A DNA stretch of 47,676 nt from Syntrophales bacterium (lineage in GTDB: Bacteria; Desulfobacterota; Syntrophia; Syntrophales; UBA2251): NCBI GenBank assembly GCA_023230905.1, contig JALNWL010000001.1, positions 1 to 47,676 on the forward strand, given 5' to 3'. Positions 10,160-19,439 of the stretch are shown piece by piece. The position numbers were made by a program, and so were the translations under genes. The stretch's first letter is position 1; each line of letters begins with the position of its first letter. Under the pieces are notes generated by a model. It was not told the DNA's origin. It searched no databases and worked only from the letters and a program-made list of their open reading frames with translations.

Positions 10160-11914
10160 ATGGCCAAGATCAAAATGACGCCCAGTGAGGCGATTGTGGA
10201 AACCCTGCTCGCCGAAGGCGTGGATCACGTCACCGGCATCGTCGGGAGCGCCTTTATGGACATGCTCGATCTCTTCCCCACGGCGGGGATCCGTTTCATC
10301 CCCGTTCGGCACGAGCAGAGCGCGGGGCACATGGAGGACGCCTACGCCCGGATCACCGGCCGGGCCGGGGTTCTCACGGGTCAGAACGGACCGGGGATCA
10401 CGAACATGGTCACCTCGGTCGCGGCGGCCAACATGGGCCATACGCCGCTCGTCATCATCTCCCCGTCGGCCGGGACGCCGACCATCGGCTGGGACGGTTT
10501 CCAGGAGTGCGACCAGGTCTCCGTCTTCAAGGCCATCACGAAGGCCACGGTCCGCGTGCCCCATCCCAAGCGGGCGGCCGACTGCCTGCGGACCGCCTTC
10601 CGGATCGCGTACGCCGACCGTGGGGCGGTCCTGTACGACATCCCCCGGGACTACTTCTACGGCGAGTTGGAAGAGGAGATCCTTCCGCCCCACCGCTACC
10701 GCGTGGACGCCCGGGGCTGCGGATCGCTCGCCGACATCGAGCGGGCGGCGAAGCTCCTCATGAACGCGAAGAACCCCGTCATCGTCTCCGGACGGGGGGT
10801 CGTGGACGCGGACGCCCTGGACGTGATCAAGGCCATTGCCGAGCACCTGACCGCGCCGGTCGCCGTGACCTATCTGCACAACGACGCCTTCTACGGGGAC
10901 CACCCCCTGTTCGTCGGCCCCATCGGGTACATGGGCTCCAAGGCGGCAATGCGGACCCTGGCCAAGGCGGACGTGATGCTCGCCGTGGGAACGCGCCTGT
11001 CGGTCTTCGGCACCCTGCCCCAGTACGACATCAACTACTTCCCGAAGAAGGCGAAGATCGTCCAGGTGGACATCAACCCGAAACACATCGCCCGGACGCA
11101 CCCCGTCGAGATCGGCATCATCGGGGACGCGAAGGAGGCCGCGGTGGAGATCCTGAAGCGCCTCCGGACCGCGGACAAGCGGCGGAAGCCGGATACGGCG
11201 CGCCTGGGGAAAATCGCCGCGGAGAGGAAAAAATGGGAGCAGGAGATCGTCCGGTTGGCGAGGGTCAAGGGAACGCCGATCAACCCCCGCCGCGTCCTTT
11301 TGGAGATGTCGCGGATGATGCCGGACAACGCCATCCTGACGACGGACATCGGCAACGTGTCCTCGACCGCCAACAGCTACTTCACCTTCAAGGGCGGCCG
11401 GCGCCACATCGCGGCACTCACCTTCGGCAACACGGGCTTCGCCTACCCGGCGGCCCTGGGCGCCCAGCTCGCCCGCCCCAAGGCGCCGGTCGTCGCCATC
11501 ATCGGCGACGGGGCCTGGGGGATGAGCCTCCACGAGATCAGCACCGCCGTGGAGCACAACCTGCCGGTCATCGCCTGCGTCTTCAGGAACATGTGGTGGG
11601 GCGCCGAGGCGAAGAACCAGGTGGACTTCTACAACAACCGCTTCATCGGGGTCGACATCCCGAACCCCGCGAGCTTCATCCCGGCGGCGGAGGCCCTGGG
11701 CGCCCGCGGCATCCGCGTGGAGCATCCGGACCAGATCGGGGAGGCCTTCAAATCGGCCCTCAAGATCCGCCGGCCCACCGTCCTGGAGTTTGTCGTGGAC
11801 GGCCGGCAGCTCGCCCCGCCCTTCCGGAAGGACGCCCTGGCGCTGCCCACGCGGCTCCTGCCGAAGTACGCCCACCTGGACCACCACAACTGGCGGACGG
11901 ACTACGACATGTAG
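10160..11914 (+). CDS. xsc: sulfoacetaldehyde acetyltransferase (Xsc)-like thiamine-diphosphate enzyme
   Basis: GGAGGT RBS then ATG 10160, 584 aa. TPP fold (GDGAWGM). Xsc-like blocks as I remember them: MTPSEA..VETL N-terminus, [35 protein letters not shown]. The 1109-aa track ORF is a composite. Confidence 0.75.
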   Translation: MAKIKMTPSEAIVETLLAEGVDHVTGIVGSAFMDMLDLFPTAGIRFIPVRHEQSAGHMEDAYARITGRAGVLTGQNGPGITNMVTSVAAANMGHTPLVIISPSAGTPTIGWDGFQECDQVSVFKAITKATVRVPHPKRAADCLRTAFRIAYADRGAVLYDIPRDYFYGELEEEILPPHRYRVDARGCGSLADIERAAKLLMNAKNPVIVSGRGVVDADALDVIKAIAEHLTAPVAVTYLHNDAFYGDHPLFVGPIGYMGSKAAMRTLAKADVMLAVGTRLSVFGTLPQYDINYFPKKAKIVQVDINPKHIARTHPVEIGIIGDAKEAAVEILKRLRTADKRRKPDTARLGKIAAERKKWEQEIVRLARVKGTPINPRRVLLEMSRMMPDNAILTTDIGNVSSTANSYFTFKGGRRHIAALTFGNTGFAYPAALGAQLARPKAPVVAIIGDGAWGMSLHEISTAVEHNLPVIACVFRNMWWGAEAKNQVDFYNNRFIGVDIPNPASFIPAAEALGARGIRVEHPDQIGEAFKSALKIRRPTVLEFVVDGRQLAPPFRKDALALPTRLLPKYAHLDHHNWRTDYDM

Positions 11915-11932
11915 CCCCCTCCCGAAACAAGG

Positions 11933-11974
11933 CCGCGGACCCGGCGGGGGTTGTTCCCCCGATCGGGTCCGCGG
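11933..11974 (+). terminator. strong GC hairpin after xsc (terminator-like, no clear U-tract)
   Basis: CCGCGGACCCG (11933-11943) pairs with CGGGTCCGCGG (11964-11974), with an inner GGGGG-TTGTT-CCCCC. Begins 18 nt after the xsc stop. Confidence 0.5.
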
Positions 11975-12280
11975 ATGCTTCCCGCCCCAGCGGCTGCGGC
12001 ACAGGCACCGGCTCCACGCTTCGGGTCGATAGGGTCACGTTCACTTGCCTGCGGGAAGAAGCGCCGCTCGAAGCCCCCGTGACGGTATGATCCCTGCAGC
12101 AAATGACCCAACGAAAAGATTGAATTGACATCCGGGGCGGGCTTCCCTATAGTGCCGCCGTCCACAGCCGAGACGTCGCCCTTCCGGGGAGGGTCCCGTT
12201 TTTCAGTGCAACGTCGCCATCACTGCAGATACGGCCTTTCGATCAACCCGAGACCCTCCGCCCCATGGAAAGGAATGCGC

Positions 12281-12823
12281 ATGTTGTATGAATTCGACGG
12301 CAGAACCCCACAGGTCGCCGACGGCGCCTATGTCAGCGACACCGCTACGGTGATCGGCGACGTCGTGATCGGCCCCCATTGTTACATCGGTCACGGCGCC
12401 ATCCTGCGGGGGGACTACGGCCGGATTGAGATCGGTCCGGGAACGGCAGTGGAGGAGGGCGTCATCATCCATGCCCCGCCGGAACGGGTCTGCCGGATCG
12501 GTGAAAAGGTCACCCTGGGACACGGGGCGGTCATTCACGGCCAGAGGCTCGGAGATTGCTCCGTCGTCGGCATGGGTGCGGTTTTGAGCATCCTCTCCGA
12601 GATCGGCGAATGGACCATCGTGGCGGAGGGGGCCGTTGTCAAGATCGGCCAGGCGATCCCGGATGGGATGGTCGCCGTGGGGAACCCGGCGGCCGTCGTT
12701 CGCGAGATCGCCGACCGGGACCGGGAGATGTGGAGCTGGGGCAAGCAGATCTACATCGATCTTGCGGAGAAATACCTGCGGGTCGGCCTTCATCCCGTTG
12801 CTCCGGACGGGCGGAACGGATAA
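12281..12823 (+). CDS. gamma-carbonic-anhydrase-like / hexapeptide-repeat (CaiE/PaaY/YrdA family) protein
   Basis: Left-handed beta-helix repeats (VIGDVVIGPHCYIGHGAILRGD...). GGAAAGGA RBS before ATG 12275/12281. Confidence 0.8.
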   Translation: MLYEFDGRTPQVADGAYVSDTATVIGDVVIGPHCYIGHGAILRGDYGRIEIGPGTAVEEGVIIHAPPERVCRIGEKVTLGHGAVIHGQRLGDCSVVGMGAVLSILSEIGEWTIVAEGAVVKIGQAIPDGMVAVGNPAAVVREIADRDREMWSWGKQIYIDLAEKYLRVGLHPVAPDGRNG

Positions 12824-12898
12824 CGAGGCCCGCCCCTCTCGGGATGACGATGAAGCGAACGCGACTTCGTTTCGGCAGAAGACTTGGAGACGACCGTT

Positions 12899-14377
12899 TC
12901 AGCCCCTCGGGAGCCCGGCGAGCCGTTCCTTTAACTCATTCGCAATATCGCTCATTTCTGCGCGGCCAAATAGATTATTCATCTCTCCCGGATCGCTTTT
13001 CAGATCAAAAAGCCAAGGACGTCTGCCGCGTTCAAACTCAATGTATTTGAAATTTTCGGTACGAATGCCCCGGTATGATGGCGTGTTTTCCGGGTAATAG
13101 CGCCAGAATTCAAGAAGGCAGGCCTCTCTGGTTTTCCCGCGGGGGTTCCCGAGAACAGGGGCAAGGCTGATACCGTCCATATCTCCGGGAACCTCAAGGC
13201 CCGCCAGGTCAAGCATCGTCGGGGCAACGTCAATATTCAAGATCATCTGATGTCTCCTTCCCCCGGGGTCATGAATGATGACGGGTGCCCTCACGATAAA
13301 AGGAAGGCGGATTGAATCCTCATAGGGTTCGCGAATTCCGTGGCAATGATGGGTTCCCCACTGCATGCCATTGTCACCCATGTATACCACGATGGTTTTC
13401 TCGCTCAGGTTGTGCCGGTCCAGATAATCGAGAATTCGGACGATATCCCGATCCATGGCGGTAAGGGTTTCGCAGTAGCGTCGATACTGATCCTCATAGG
13501 AGCCCATCATGATGCCCTGGAAGACATTCCCCCTCGTTTTCCCAAACCATATCGGGTCGACGTTCGGCGGAAGCACCCGGCTCACATCCGCGTCATGATA
13601 CATTCCAGCAATGTCCGCGGGCGCCTGAAAGGGCGGATGACCGGGCCGGTGCGCGAGATAGACGCAGAAGGGTCTGCCGTCATTTCGCGATCTCTGCTGG
13701 TCAATAAACTCGATCGCGTAATCCGTCACTTCCTCGGTGATATAGGGCTTGCGGGAAGGCACTTCGCGGCCATTGACAATCATCGGGCAGTTGAAGTAGG
13801 CACCCTGCCCCTCGCGATAGGTGTAGGCCACAAAAAGATCAAGAAAGGGGAGATGGGGCAAGCCGCCGGGCATGTGCCACTTCCCGATGAATGCCGTGGC
13901 GTATCCCTCACGACTCAGATATTCCGGGAAGGTCGTGAACCTGCCTGTCCAAGCGGTATGATTGTTCCTGACGCCATGCCGGTGGGCATAGGCCCCCGTC
14001 AGAATGCTGGCGCGGGAGGGGCTGCACAGAGCGGTGGTATTGAAGGCCTGCTCGAAAAGAACCCCTTCCCGGGCCAGCCTGTCCATTCCCGGGGTTTGAA
14101 TGAAGGGATGATGCGCACAGCCCATTGTTTTTGCGTTATGATTATCGCCGAGGATAAACAGGATATTGGGCCTGTTACCACCCCGCCTGCCGCGAGATCG
14201 CACAAGGGGGATGCCCGCCTTCGCTTTTTCACCCAAGGGTCGTTCCGTGGCACCGAGCCTATCTCCCAGCAGGCCGTATGCCGCATATCCCGCAAAGCCG
14301 GCCCCGAGGACTCTTCCTCCGGCCTTCAAAAGATCCCGTCTGGTTAAAACAGGGCGTTTATTTTCTCTGTTCATCAT
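12899..14377 (-). CDS. Tat-exported Cys-type sulfatase (arylsulfatase family)
   Basis: Twin-arginine signal TRRDLLKAGG and formylglycine motif CSPSRASILTG. Sulfatase-type N-terminal block NILFILGDNH. Confidence 0.85.
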   Translation of the reverse strand: MMNRENKRPVLTRRDLLKAGGRVLGAGFAGYAAYGLLGDRLGATERPLGEKAKAGIPLVRSRGRRGGNRPNILFILGDNHNAKTMGCAHHPFIQTPGMDRLAREGVLFEQAFNTTALCSPSRASILTGAYAHRHGVRNNHTAWTGRFTTFPEYLSREGYATAFIGKWHMPGGLPHLPFLDLFVAYTYREGQGAYFNCPMIVNGREVPSRKPYITEEVTDYAIEFIDQQRSRNDGRPFCVYLAHRPGHPPFQAPADIAGMYHDADVSRVLPPNVDPIWFGKTRGNVFQGIMMGSYEDQYRRYCETLTAMDRDIVRILDYLDRHNLSEKTIVVYMGDNGMQWGTHHCHGIREPYEDSIRLPFIVRAPVIIHDPGGRRHQMILNIDVAPTMLDLAGLEVPGDMDGISLAPVLGNPRGKTREACLLEFWRYYPENTPSYRGIRTENFKYIEFERGRRPWLFDLKSDPGEMNNLFGRAEMSDIANELKERLAGLPRG

Positions 14378-14418
14378 CGTCCCCCGCCGAGCGGCTTGCG
14401 GGTTGCTCCACGTTGTTC

Positions 14419-14982
14419 CTACAAGCCGCTTCCAAAAAAGAACCGGTATCCTTCAAGAAAGATCACATAGATATTTTCGCCCCTGCCCCAGGCGTACATC
14501 AGGGCAAAGACCGTGAGGCTCCCGGCAATGATCAGCGCGGGAACTCTCATGGAGTATGCCTTTTCATTCCTTTGGATGCGGATCTTTCTTACAATGAGCG
14601 CCGCGACACCTAACTCGGCACACATCAGGACAAAAAGCCAGATGCTCAGAGGGCTGAGATACCAGTAAAGGCATTCAAGGACGGGGTGGGATTCCGTCAG
14701 GATGAGCACTTCCTTTGTAATCCACGCAAAAGGTGTGACAAATGAAGCCAGGACACTCTCCGCCAAAGAGGCCCCCCGAAGCTGGGAAACCGTATAGACA
14801 TACAAAGCCCCGAAGGAAATCGAGACAAAATAGAAAAAGCCTGAAAGAGTCGCAACAACGAGGGTGAATGTTGTCCGGTCGGGAAACCTCAGGAAAAAGT
14901 AAACTGCGAACGAAAGCAGGGCCGCAACAAAAACGGGCAAGACCGGCATCCCTACGCGCAAAATAAATGATTTCCGTCCCAT
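14419..14982 (-). CDS. hypothetical polytopic membrane protein (co-directional with the sulfatase)
   Basis: Five to six hydrophobic helices and no recognised motif. ATG 14982 is chosen here; the track ORF extends to a GTG at 15063. Confidence 0.5.
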   Translation of the reverse strand: MGRKSFILRVGMPVLPVFVAALLSFAVYFFLRFPDRTTFTLVVATLSGFFYFVSISFGALYVYTVSQLRGASLAESVLASFVTPFAWITKEVLILTESHPVLECLYWYLSPLSIWLFVLMCAELGVAALIVRKIRIQRNEKAYSMRVPALIIAGSLTVFALMYAWGRGENIYVIFLEGYRFFFGSGL

Positions 14983-15230
14983 CGCCTCACCATCCCAATC
15001 GGAAACTCTCTTCACATTGATTTGCGGCGTCCATATAAGCTTATCGGCACGAGATGAAGTCACGTCGTTTATATTTCCGGGACTTCCGGCGGAAGAAAGC
15101 GGGTGGAGGAAGTCCCGCGGTCATACACAAACGGACACGGTTGATACCGAGACGGCGGAAGGAATGACGTTAAGTTTACCATGGACAGGCGAAGAAGGCC
15201 AGCGCGATTGTCGAGGCGGATAAAATCTTC

Positions 15231-15259
15231 TTGACACACACAAGAGACCCGAATACACT
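15231..15259 (+). promoter_or_regulatory. candidate sigma-70 promoter for the PLP-enzyme operon
   Basis: TTGACA (15231-15236), 17-nt spacer, TACACT (15254-15259), about 70 nt upstream of the CDS. Confidence 0.35.
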
Positions 15260-15328
15260 CCACTCTACACGAGTGAAATTCTTATCCATCCTTGGCTTTC
15301 CACCGCATGATGAATATGTGTTCATTTT

Positions 15329-16690
15329 ATGAATCGGGATTCATTGAATGAGGGAATGGGGATGATACAGATCGCACTTCCCAACAAGGGCGCTTCGCGC
15401 GATGGGGTGATGAGGGAGCTCAAGGCCCTGCATTCCGCGGACAACGATTGGCGGACGGGGCGGATGTTCAGCCTCATCTACAACGCCGGGGCCGATGTGG
15501 AATCGGTCGCCCGGGAGGCCTACGCCGAGTACATGGTGGAGAACGCGCTGAGCCCCTTCTCCTTCCCAAGCCTCCTCAAGATGGAGACGGAGTTGCTCTC
15601 CATGATCGCCACGCTCTTTCACGGGGAGACGGCCGTGGGCAGCATGACCTCGGGCGGATCGGAGAGCATCCTGATGGCGGTGAAGACCGCGCGGGAATGG
15701 GCGCGCGCGAAGCGGCCGGGGATCTCCTCCCCCGAGCTGGTCATGCCGGTCACCGCCCACCCGGCGTTCAACAAGGCGGCCCACTTCCTGGGGATCAGGG
15801 CGGTGGCGGTCCGCGTCGATGGCGGATTCCGCGCGAGCGTCCCGGACATGATCGGCGCGGTCACGGAGAACACCATCATGATGGTGGGGAGCGCCTTCAC
15901 CTATCCCCACGGCATGATCGATCCCATCGGCGAGCTTTCCGGCTTCGCGCTTGAAAACAACATCTGGTTCCACACCGACGCCTGCCTGGGAGGGTTCATG
16001 ATTCCCTTCCTCGAAATGGAGGGATACCCGGTGCGCCCCTTCGACTTCAGGCTTCCCGGCGTCAAGTCGATCTCGGCCGACATCCACAAGTACGGATACA
16101 CCCCGAAGGGGGCGTCGACGGTCACCTATCGCGACATGGATCTCAGGGAGTTCCAATTCTTCGCGTACGCGGACTGGCCCGGCGGTGTGTACGGGACGGC
16201 CTGCGTCTCCGGCGCTCGCCCCGGGGGGGCCATCTCCTCCGCATGGGCCGTGATGCGCTACCTCGGCCAAGAGGGGTTCCGCGGGCTTGCGTCGAAGGCC
16301 ATGAGGGCCGCCAAGCGTCTCAGGGCGGGTATCGAGGCGATTCCCGGCCTCCATGTTCTCGGGAACCCCGACGGGACCGTCTTCGCTTTCGGGAGCGACG
16401 GGTTGAACGTCTACGACCTGCGCGACGCCCTCAAGCGGCGGAACTGGCACGTGGAGAGCCAGCACCTCCCGCCCTGCCTGCACCTTACCGTCTGCCCCGT
16501 CCACGAGGAGGTCGTGGACGCGTTCCTCGAGGATCTCGCGGAGGCCTGCGGCGAGGCGGCTTCCGTGAGCGAGAACGACAGGACCGAAGACGCGGTGCTC
16601 TACGGGGTGATGGGGACCATCCCCGACAGGAGTCAGGCCCTGGATCTGGCGGTAAAATACCTCAACGACCTGTACAGGATCAAGCCATAA
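15329..16690 (+). CDS. PLP-dependent group II decarboxylase/lyase, sphingosine-1-phosphate-lyase-like
   Basis: PLP-lysine block SISADIHKYGYTPKGAS closely resembles the SPL-type motif SISADTHKYGF.PKG. No N-terminal TM segment. The true start may be ATG 15362. Confidence 0.7.
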   Translation: MNRDSLNEGMGMIQIALPNKGASRDGVMRELKALHSADNDWRTGRMFSLIYNAGADVESVAREAYAEYMVENALSPFSFPSLLKMETELLSMIATLFHGETAVGSMTSGGSESILMAVKTAREWARAKRPGISSPELVMPVTAHPAFNKAAHFLGIRAVAVRVDGGFRASVPDMIGAVTENTIMMVGSAFTYPHGMIDPIGELSGFALENNIWFHTDACLGGFMIPFLEMEGYPVRPFDFRLPGVKSISADIHKYGYTPKGASTVTYRDMDLREFQFFAYADWPGGVYGTACVSGARPGGAISSAWAVMRYLGQEGFRGLASKAMRAAKRLRAGIEAIPGLHVLGNPDGTVFAFGSDGLNVYDLRDALKRRNWHVESQHLPPCLHLTVCPVHEEVVDAFLEDLAEACGEAASVSENDRTEDAVLYGVMGTIPDRSQALDLAVKYLNDLYRIKP

Positions 16691-16698
16691 CGCACGAA

Positions 16699-17418
16699 AT
16701 GCTCCTGATGATCGGGTTCCTGGTGATCGCCCACGCGGTGGAGTCCGTCCTCGGCTTCGGCGCCACGGTCATCGCCTTCGGCCTGGGGGCGCATTTCTTC
16801 CCTGCCGACCGGCTGGTGGTGATCCTGGTGCTCATTGCGCTTGTTCAGAGCGCCTACCTCATGGCACGATGGTTCCGCGACATCGAGTGGGGAATCGTCT
16901 TCCGGTCCATCGCTCCCGCCGCGCTCATGGGACTGGCGGCTGGCATCCTGATCCGCAGCATGGTCAACGAAGGGATGCTGAAGTTGATCCTGGGGGGGTT
17001 CATCGTCACCCTCTCGCTTATCGAGCTGCGCTTCCTCTTTCTGAAAAAGGACGCTCCCCCCCGCGATCCTTCGGCGGTCACGGGATCCCTCCTGGTCTTC
17101 GGCGGGGGGGTGTTCCACGGCCTTCTCGCGGTCGGCGGGCCGCTGATCGTGTACTACGCGGGAAGGAAGCTCGCCTCCCAGGAGTCGGTGCGCGGAACAC
17201 TTGCATTCATCTGGATATTCCTCAACACGATCATGCTCGCGGGATTCATCGCGGACGGGAGCATTACCGCGGACGTTCTCTCTACCGCGGGTCTTCTGCT
17301 TCCGGGGGTGCTCGCGGGCATCCTCATCGGCAACAGGCTGAAAATCAGCGACAGGCTCTTCAAGACGGCAACGTACCTGCTGCTTCTCGTGGTCGGCGCA
17401 ACGCTGGTCCTGCCATGA
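16699..17418 (+). CDS. TauE/SafE (DUF81) family anion (sulfite/sulfonate) exporter-like membrane protein
   Basis: About 239 aa with 7-8 helices and the internally duplicated glycine-rich pattern typical of DUF81. ATG 16699 lies 8 nt after the PLP-gene stop. Confidence 0.65.
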   Translation: MLLMIGFLVIAHAVESVLGFGATVIAFGLGAHFFPADRLVVILVLIALVQSAYLMARWFRDIEWGIVFRSIAPAALMGLAAGILIRSMVNEGMLKLILGGFIVTLSLIELRFLFLKKDAPPRDPSAVTGSLLVFGGGVFHGLLAVGGPLIVYYAGRKLASQESVRGTLAFIWIFLNTIMLAGFIADGSITADVLSTAGLLLPGVLAGILIGNRLKISDRLFKTATYLLLLVVGATLVLP

Positions 17419-17458
17419 CCCGCGGCGGCGCTCCGAAGACCTTCAACCAGGAGGCGCC

Positions 17459-18634
17459 ATGAGCTTGATTCTTCTGAGTCTCACCTTCCTTCTGTTTCCC
17501 GCCGTGGTGATCTATGCGTGCGGCCGGTTCCCCGCGATCGACAAGATCGGAGCGGGCATCATCTGCTACGGTGCGGGCATCGCCCTGAGCCTCGCCGGAC
17601 TCGTTCCTGCGGGCGCAAGGCCGGTCCAGGAGGCGTTCATGAACGTGTCGGTGCCGCTCTCGATACCGCTGATGCTCTTCTCCGTAGACCTCAAACGCTG
17701 GTCCCGCCTCGCCGGAACGACGGCGACTTCCTTCGCGTGCATGATCCTCGCCGTCCTCTGCGCCACGGCGGCGGGTTTTCTCATTTTCGAGGACCGTCTG
17801 CCCGAGGTGTGGATGATAGCGGGAATGTCCATCGGCGTGTACACGGGCGGGACGCCCAACCTCAACGCGATCGGGCTCGCGCTGAAGGCCCCGGAGCACA
17901 TCATCGTCCTCGCGAACACCGCCGACATGTTGGTATGCATCCCCTGGTTCATCTTCATCCTTACCTTCGCCCAGCGGATCCTCAATCTCTTCCTTCCCCC
18001 TTTCGAGAAGCATCTCGCTTCCCCGGCCGCGGACGGTCGCAGCGCACCGGATACCGATTGGGAGACGAAAGACATCAATGACTACCGCAACATCTTCTCC
18101 CGGCCGGTCCTACTCCCGCTGACGGGGGGTCTCTGCCTCGCGCTCACCATCTTCGCGGCAGGCGTAGGCCTGTATTCAATCGCCCCGCGTGAGTACAACA
18201 TGGCGGTCCTGATGCTGGCCATCACTACCCTTGGGCTTGCGGCCTCGTTCATCCCCGCGGTCCGGAACATCGACAAGACGTTCCAGCTGGGCCAGTATAT
18301 CATCCTGGTGTTCTGCCTCGTGGTGGGCAGCATGGCGGACATCCGGCAGCTCGTGATCGCCGCCCCGCATATCATCCTGTACATGGCCCTGGTCGTGTAC
18401 GGCTCATTTGCCCTGCATCTCTTCATGAGCCGGATTTTCAAGGTCGACACCGACACGACGATCATCACGGCCACCGCGGCCATCTTCAGCCCGCCCTTCG
18501 TACCCGTGGTCGCCTCGGCCCTCAGGAACAGGGAGGTCGTCATATCGGGCCTTACCGCGGGCATCATGGGATACGTCATCGGCAACTATCTCGGCATCAC
18601 CATCGCCTACCTTCTGAGGGCCTGGGGAGGATAA
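17459..18634 (+). CDS. polytopic membrane transporter-like protein (tentatively DUF819-like)
   Basis: About 391 aa with 10 or more helices and a GVYTGGTPNLNAIG block. The family assignment is from memory only. Confidence 0.45.
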   Translation: MSLILLSLTFLLFPAVVIYACGRFPAIDKIGAGIICYGAGIALSLAGLVPAGARPVQEAFMNVSVPLSIPLMLFSVDLKRWSRLAGTTATSFACMILAVLCATAAGFLIFEDRLPEVWMIAGMSIGVYTGGTPNLNAIGLALKAPEHIIVLANTADMLVCIPWFIFILTFAQRILNLFLPPFEKHLASPAADGRSAPDTDWETKDINDYRNIFSRPVLLPLTGGLCLALTIFAAGVGLYSIAPREYNMAVLMLAITTLGLAASFIPAVRNIDKTFQLGQYIILVFCLVVGSMADIRQLVIAAPHIILYMALVVYGSFALHLFMSRIFKVDTDTTIITATAAIFSPPFVPVVASALRNREVVISGLTAGIMGYVIGNYLGITIAYLLRAWGG

Positions 18635-18699
18635 CCGCGGACGGGAGGCCTCGACCGCGCCCCTTGTCTTTCCGCCATGAGACAAAACGTTCCCGGGAC

Positions 18700-18730
18700 A
18701 AAAAAGGGCAGGACCTGGATGATCCTGCCC
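18700..18730 (-). terminator. rho-independent terminator of the CBS gene
   Basis: GGGCAGGA (18706-18713) pairs with TCCTGCCC (18723-18730) and is followed on the minus strand by T6 (18700-18705). It is flanked by an outer inverted repeat GTTCCCGG/CCGGGAAC. Confidence 0.65.
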
Positions 18731-18764
18731 CCGGGAACAGCCCGCCAAAAAGACGGCGTCCGGT

Positions 18765-19208
18765 TCAGTACTTCCCACCGATATAATCGCTCAGGTGATC
18801 GATCAGCGCATCCTTCTGGGCGATCTGGGCTTTGACGGCATCGCCGATCGAGATGAGGCCGAGAAATTTGGGCCCGTCGAAAACGGGCACATGACGGATA
18901 TGTTTCCCGGTCATCAGCACCATGCAATCCTCCACCCGCGTATCGGGCTTTACCGTGTACATTTTCTCAAACGGCGTCATCACCTCTTTGACCCGGGTAT
19001 CGAGGGAATTCTTGCCCTTGATGACGATTTTTCTCGCGTAATCCCGTTCCGTGAAGATACCGACAACCTTCTCCTTCTTGTCCATAACCACCAGCGCCCC
19101 GATTTCCTTCTCCGCCATGAGCTTCAGGGCGTCGAGCACCGAAGCCTCCGGAAGAACCGTCCACAATTGCTTCGATTTGCCCTTCAATAAATCGCTCGCT
19201 CTCTGCAT
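18765..19208 (-). CDS. CBS-domain pair protein
   Basis: Two CBS repeats (VGIFTERDYARKIV..., GLISIGDAVKAQI). Confidence 0.8.
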   Translation of the reverse strand: MQRASDLLKGKSKQLWTVLPEASVLDALKLMAEKEIGALVVMDKKEKVVGIFTERDYARKIVIKGKNSLDTRVKEVMTPFEKMYTVKPDTRVEDCMVLMTGKHIRHVPVFDGPKFLGLISIGDAVKAQIAQKDALIDHLSDYIGGKY

Positions 19209-19439
19209 TGTTCCATCCCTCCCCTTGAATTCAGAATGTTATCCGAAAAGCCGGTTCTTACTTTAAAAGAAAACGGGGAATTTGGCAAGCCTTTGTGTCA
19301 TTCGGCTTGCCCGTTGGGAAGCGCCCAAGGAACGATGAGCGTTCTTTTCCCCCGCCAAACCGCCATCCGCGCCGTTTCATTTTGAGGTTGCCGCAGCAGA
19401 CGATTTATGTCATGAATTGCGTTATCTCAGGAAAGGAGG

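Noticed and set aside
8585-11914. 1109-aa ORF suggesting a giant fusion protein
   Set aside because: Only the last 584 codons (from ATG 10160, with a GGAGGT RBS) look like a real protein (Xsc-like). The first half is an out-of-frame overlap of ackA with junk composition.
19284-19311. TGGCAAGCC...TTTGTG upstream of the YeeE genes as a sigma-54 promoter
   Set aside because: The GG-N10-GC spacing fails, because TG rather than GC sits at -12. The sequence is better described as an 8-bp inverted repeat, GGCAAGCC-N12-GGCTTGCC, of unknown role.
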